A DNA stretch of 64,000 nucleotides from Lepidodermella squamata (Eukaryota > Animalia > Gastrotricha), in NCBI GenBank assembly GCA_047495785.1, contig JBLDXI010000024.1:3596001-3660000 (forward strand), given 5' to 3'. Shown here piece by piece: positions 63,301 through 64,000 of the stretch (its first letter is position 1; each line of letters starts with the position of its first letter). The notes below the pieces were generated by a model. The model saw nothing but the letters and a program-made list of their open reading frames with translations, ran no database searches and was not told the origin of the DNA. The translations under genes and the position numbers were made by a program.

Positions 63301-63308
63301 TCATTTGT
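57336..63308 (-). CDS. Multi-Myb (7x TRF/telobox-like) protein, paralog 2; first exon not identified, 3' exons apparently disrupted
   Basis: Large phase-0 exon 63308-61362 with 1+3x2 Myb repeats. Exon 58684-58526 is paralogous to 48711-48550, and the WHLVPDYPMTSIL exon (~57990-57570) is paralogous to 47379-46831. In-frame TAA at 58273-58275 follows a small deletion relative to paralog 1. Confidence 0.75.
59205..59259 (-). mobile_element. Solo Tigger/pogo-type terminal repeat
   Basis: Minus strand reads TA|CAGTGCATTCCGTTTATAACGAAC with an internal inverted AACGAAC/GTTCGTT; no partner end found. Confidence 0.5.
59725..60312 (+). mobile_element. Ty3/Gypsy pol fragment (RNase H and start of integrase Zn finger), internally deleted
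   Basis: LVYPDFSRAFKVMCDASGVGLGCMLMQ..SRLLSPAERRYPALEKECLAI..FREYLLGTRF, then LRAAQLDDPDL, then frameshifted AHDAPSSGHLGRFKT. GC content jumps relative to the flanks. Confidence 0.93.
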
Positions 63309-64000
63309 CTAGAACAGAAATATACCAAGTGAGCAAAAATGATAGATTATTTGAATTTGCAAATGAATGAGGATGAACGTGGACAGTCGTCAAGGTCTCA
63401 GATTTTCGGATGCACCTCCGGTGAGTTTTTTTGATTACTCTTGTCGTCAATATTTAGGCTCGAGAAGCCAAGAGTTCCTGTTTTCCAAAACTCTAGGTCA
63501 AAATTAGCTCTTTCGCGCTGAACTGTATCATTGAAACCGTCTCAACGTGTTCCCGAGTGAACCTTGCGCTAATAAATCATCGCCTTTGAATAAAAAATTG
63601 AATAAAAAAATTCTTGATCTTCTAAATCTTTCTATGTTAAACGACGTTCGTTAATCAAATTTTGTGTAGAACTGATGAAATTATGTAAAAAAGAGCGAAG
63701 CATTTCCTTAATAAGCACACAACTTTTCCCCTTTTGCGTCAAATTTGTAAAAATGATTATGATGCGCCCTAACTTGACTCTTAATGAATTACTTAATGAC
63801 TTAATTCTGGACGACCCTCTCTACAGGCGGCGCTGGATCATCAAAAATCGGCGGCCTTTTCGCATTCTACGTCACGAGCATCTGACCCACCTACAAATCC
63901 TCTTACGAAGCGAGAGCCTTGTGATTGATATAATTAGAAATGTCGGATGTCGGATGTAGGATGTAGGAAGTCGAAAATGTCGGATGGAGTCCACCCAGCA

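Noticed and set aside
46650-64000. Telomeric repeat arrays near the TRF-like genes
   Set aside because: Only isolated TTAGGG hexamers, no tandem arrays; the short GATGT(C/A)G run at the window end is too brief to interpret.
1-64000. CRISPR arrays, prokaryotic operons or a genome-wide alternative genetic code
   Set aside because: No repeat-spacer arrays; genes are spliceosomal; TAA, TAG and TGA all terminate conserved genes at the expected positions.

Overview
Eukaryotic (invertebrate animal-like) genomic DNA with GT-AG introns, many only 45-60 nt long. Joining exons by hand (splice sites and phases checked) gives these genes. (1) The 3' part (>3,800 aa) of a giant polycystin-1-like (PKD1L) gene with six alternating EGF/LamG-pentraxin/sushi modules and an apparently dead GPS motif; its first visible intron holds a TA-flanked MITE and a mirror-symmetric four-tRNA cluster. 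(2) An orphan membrane protein. (3) A housekeeping block: intronless DGAT1, PSMB3, TMEM115, srGAP (with a 21-nt microexon), BRPF1-like and a small TPR protein. (4) A 9-exon, ~1,105-aa gene fusing a signal peptide, two L-type-lectin-like domains and a Thr/Ser mucin stalk to a divergent Cys-loop ion channel; the ORF track splits it into fragments. (5) A second orphan membrane protein. (6) A transposon-littered 46-64 kb region with two paralogous minus-strand genes encoding tandem arrays of 6 and 7 TRF/telobox-type Myb domains, plus AT-hooks in the 6-Myb copy and a shared C-terminal domain; their variation is concentrated in the predicted DNA-recognition helices. The best candidates for new biology are the lectin-mucin-pLGIC, the diversifying Myb-array genes and the PKD1L with a furin-like site next to the lost GPS. 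All domain calls come from motif recognition by eye; no searches were run.
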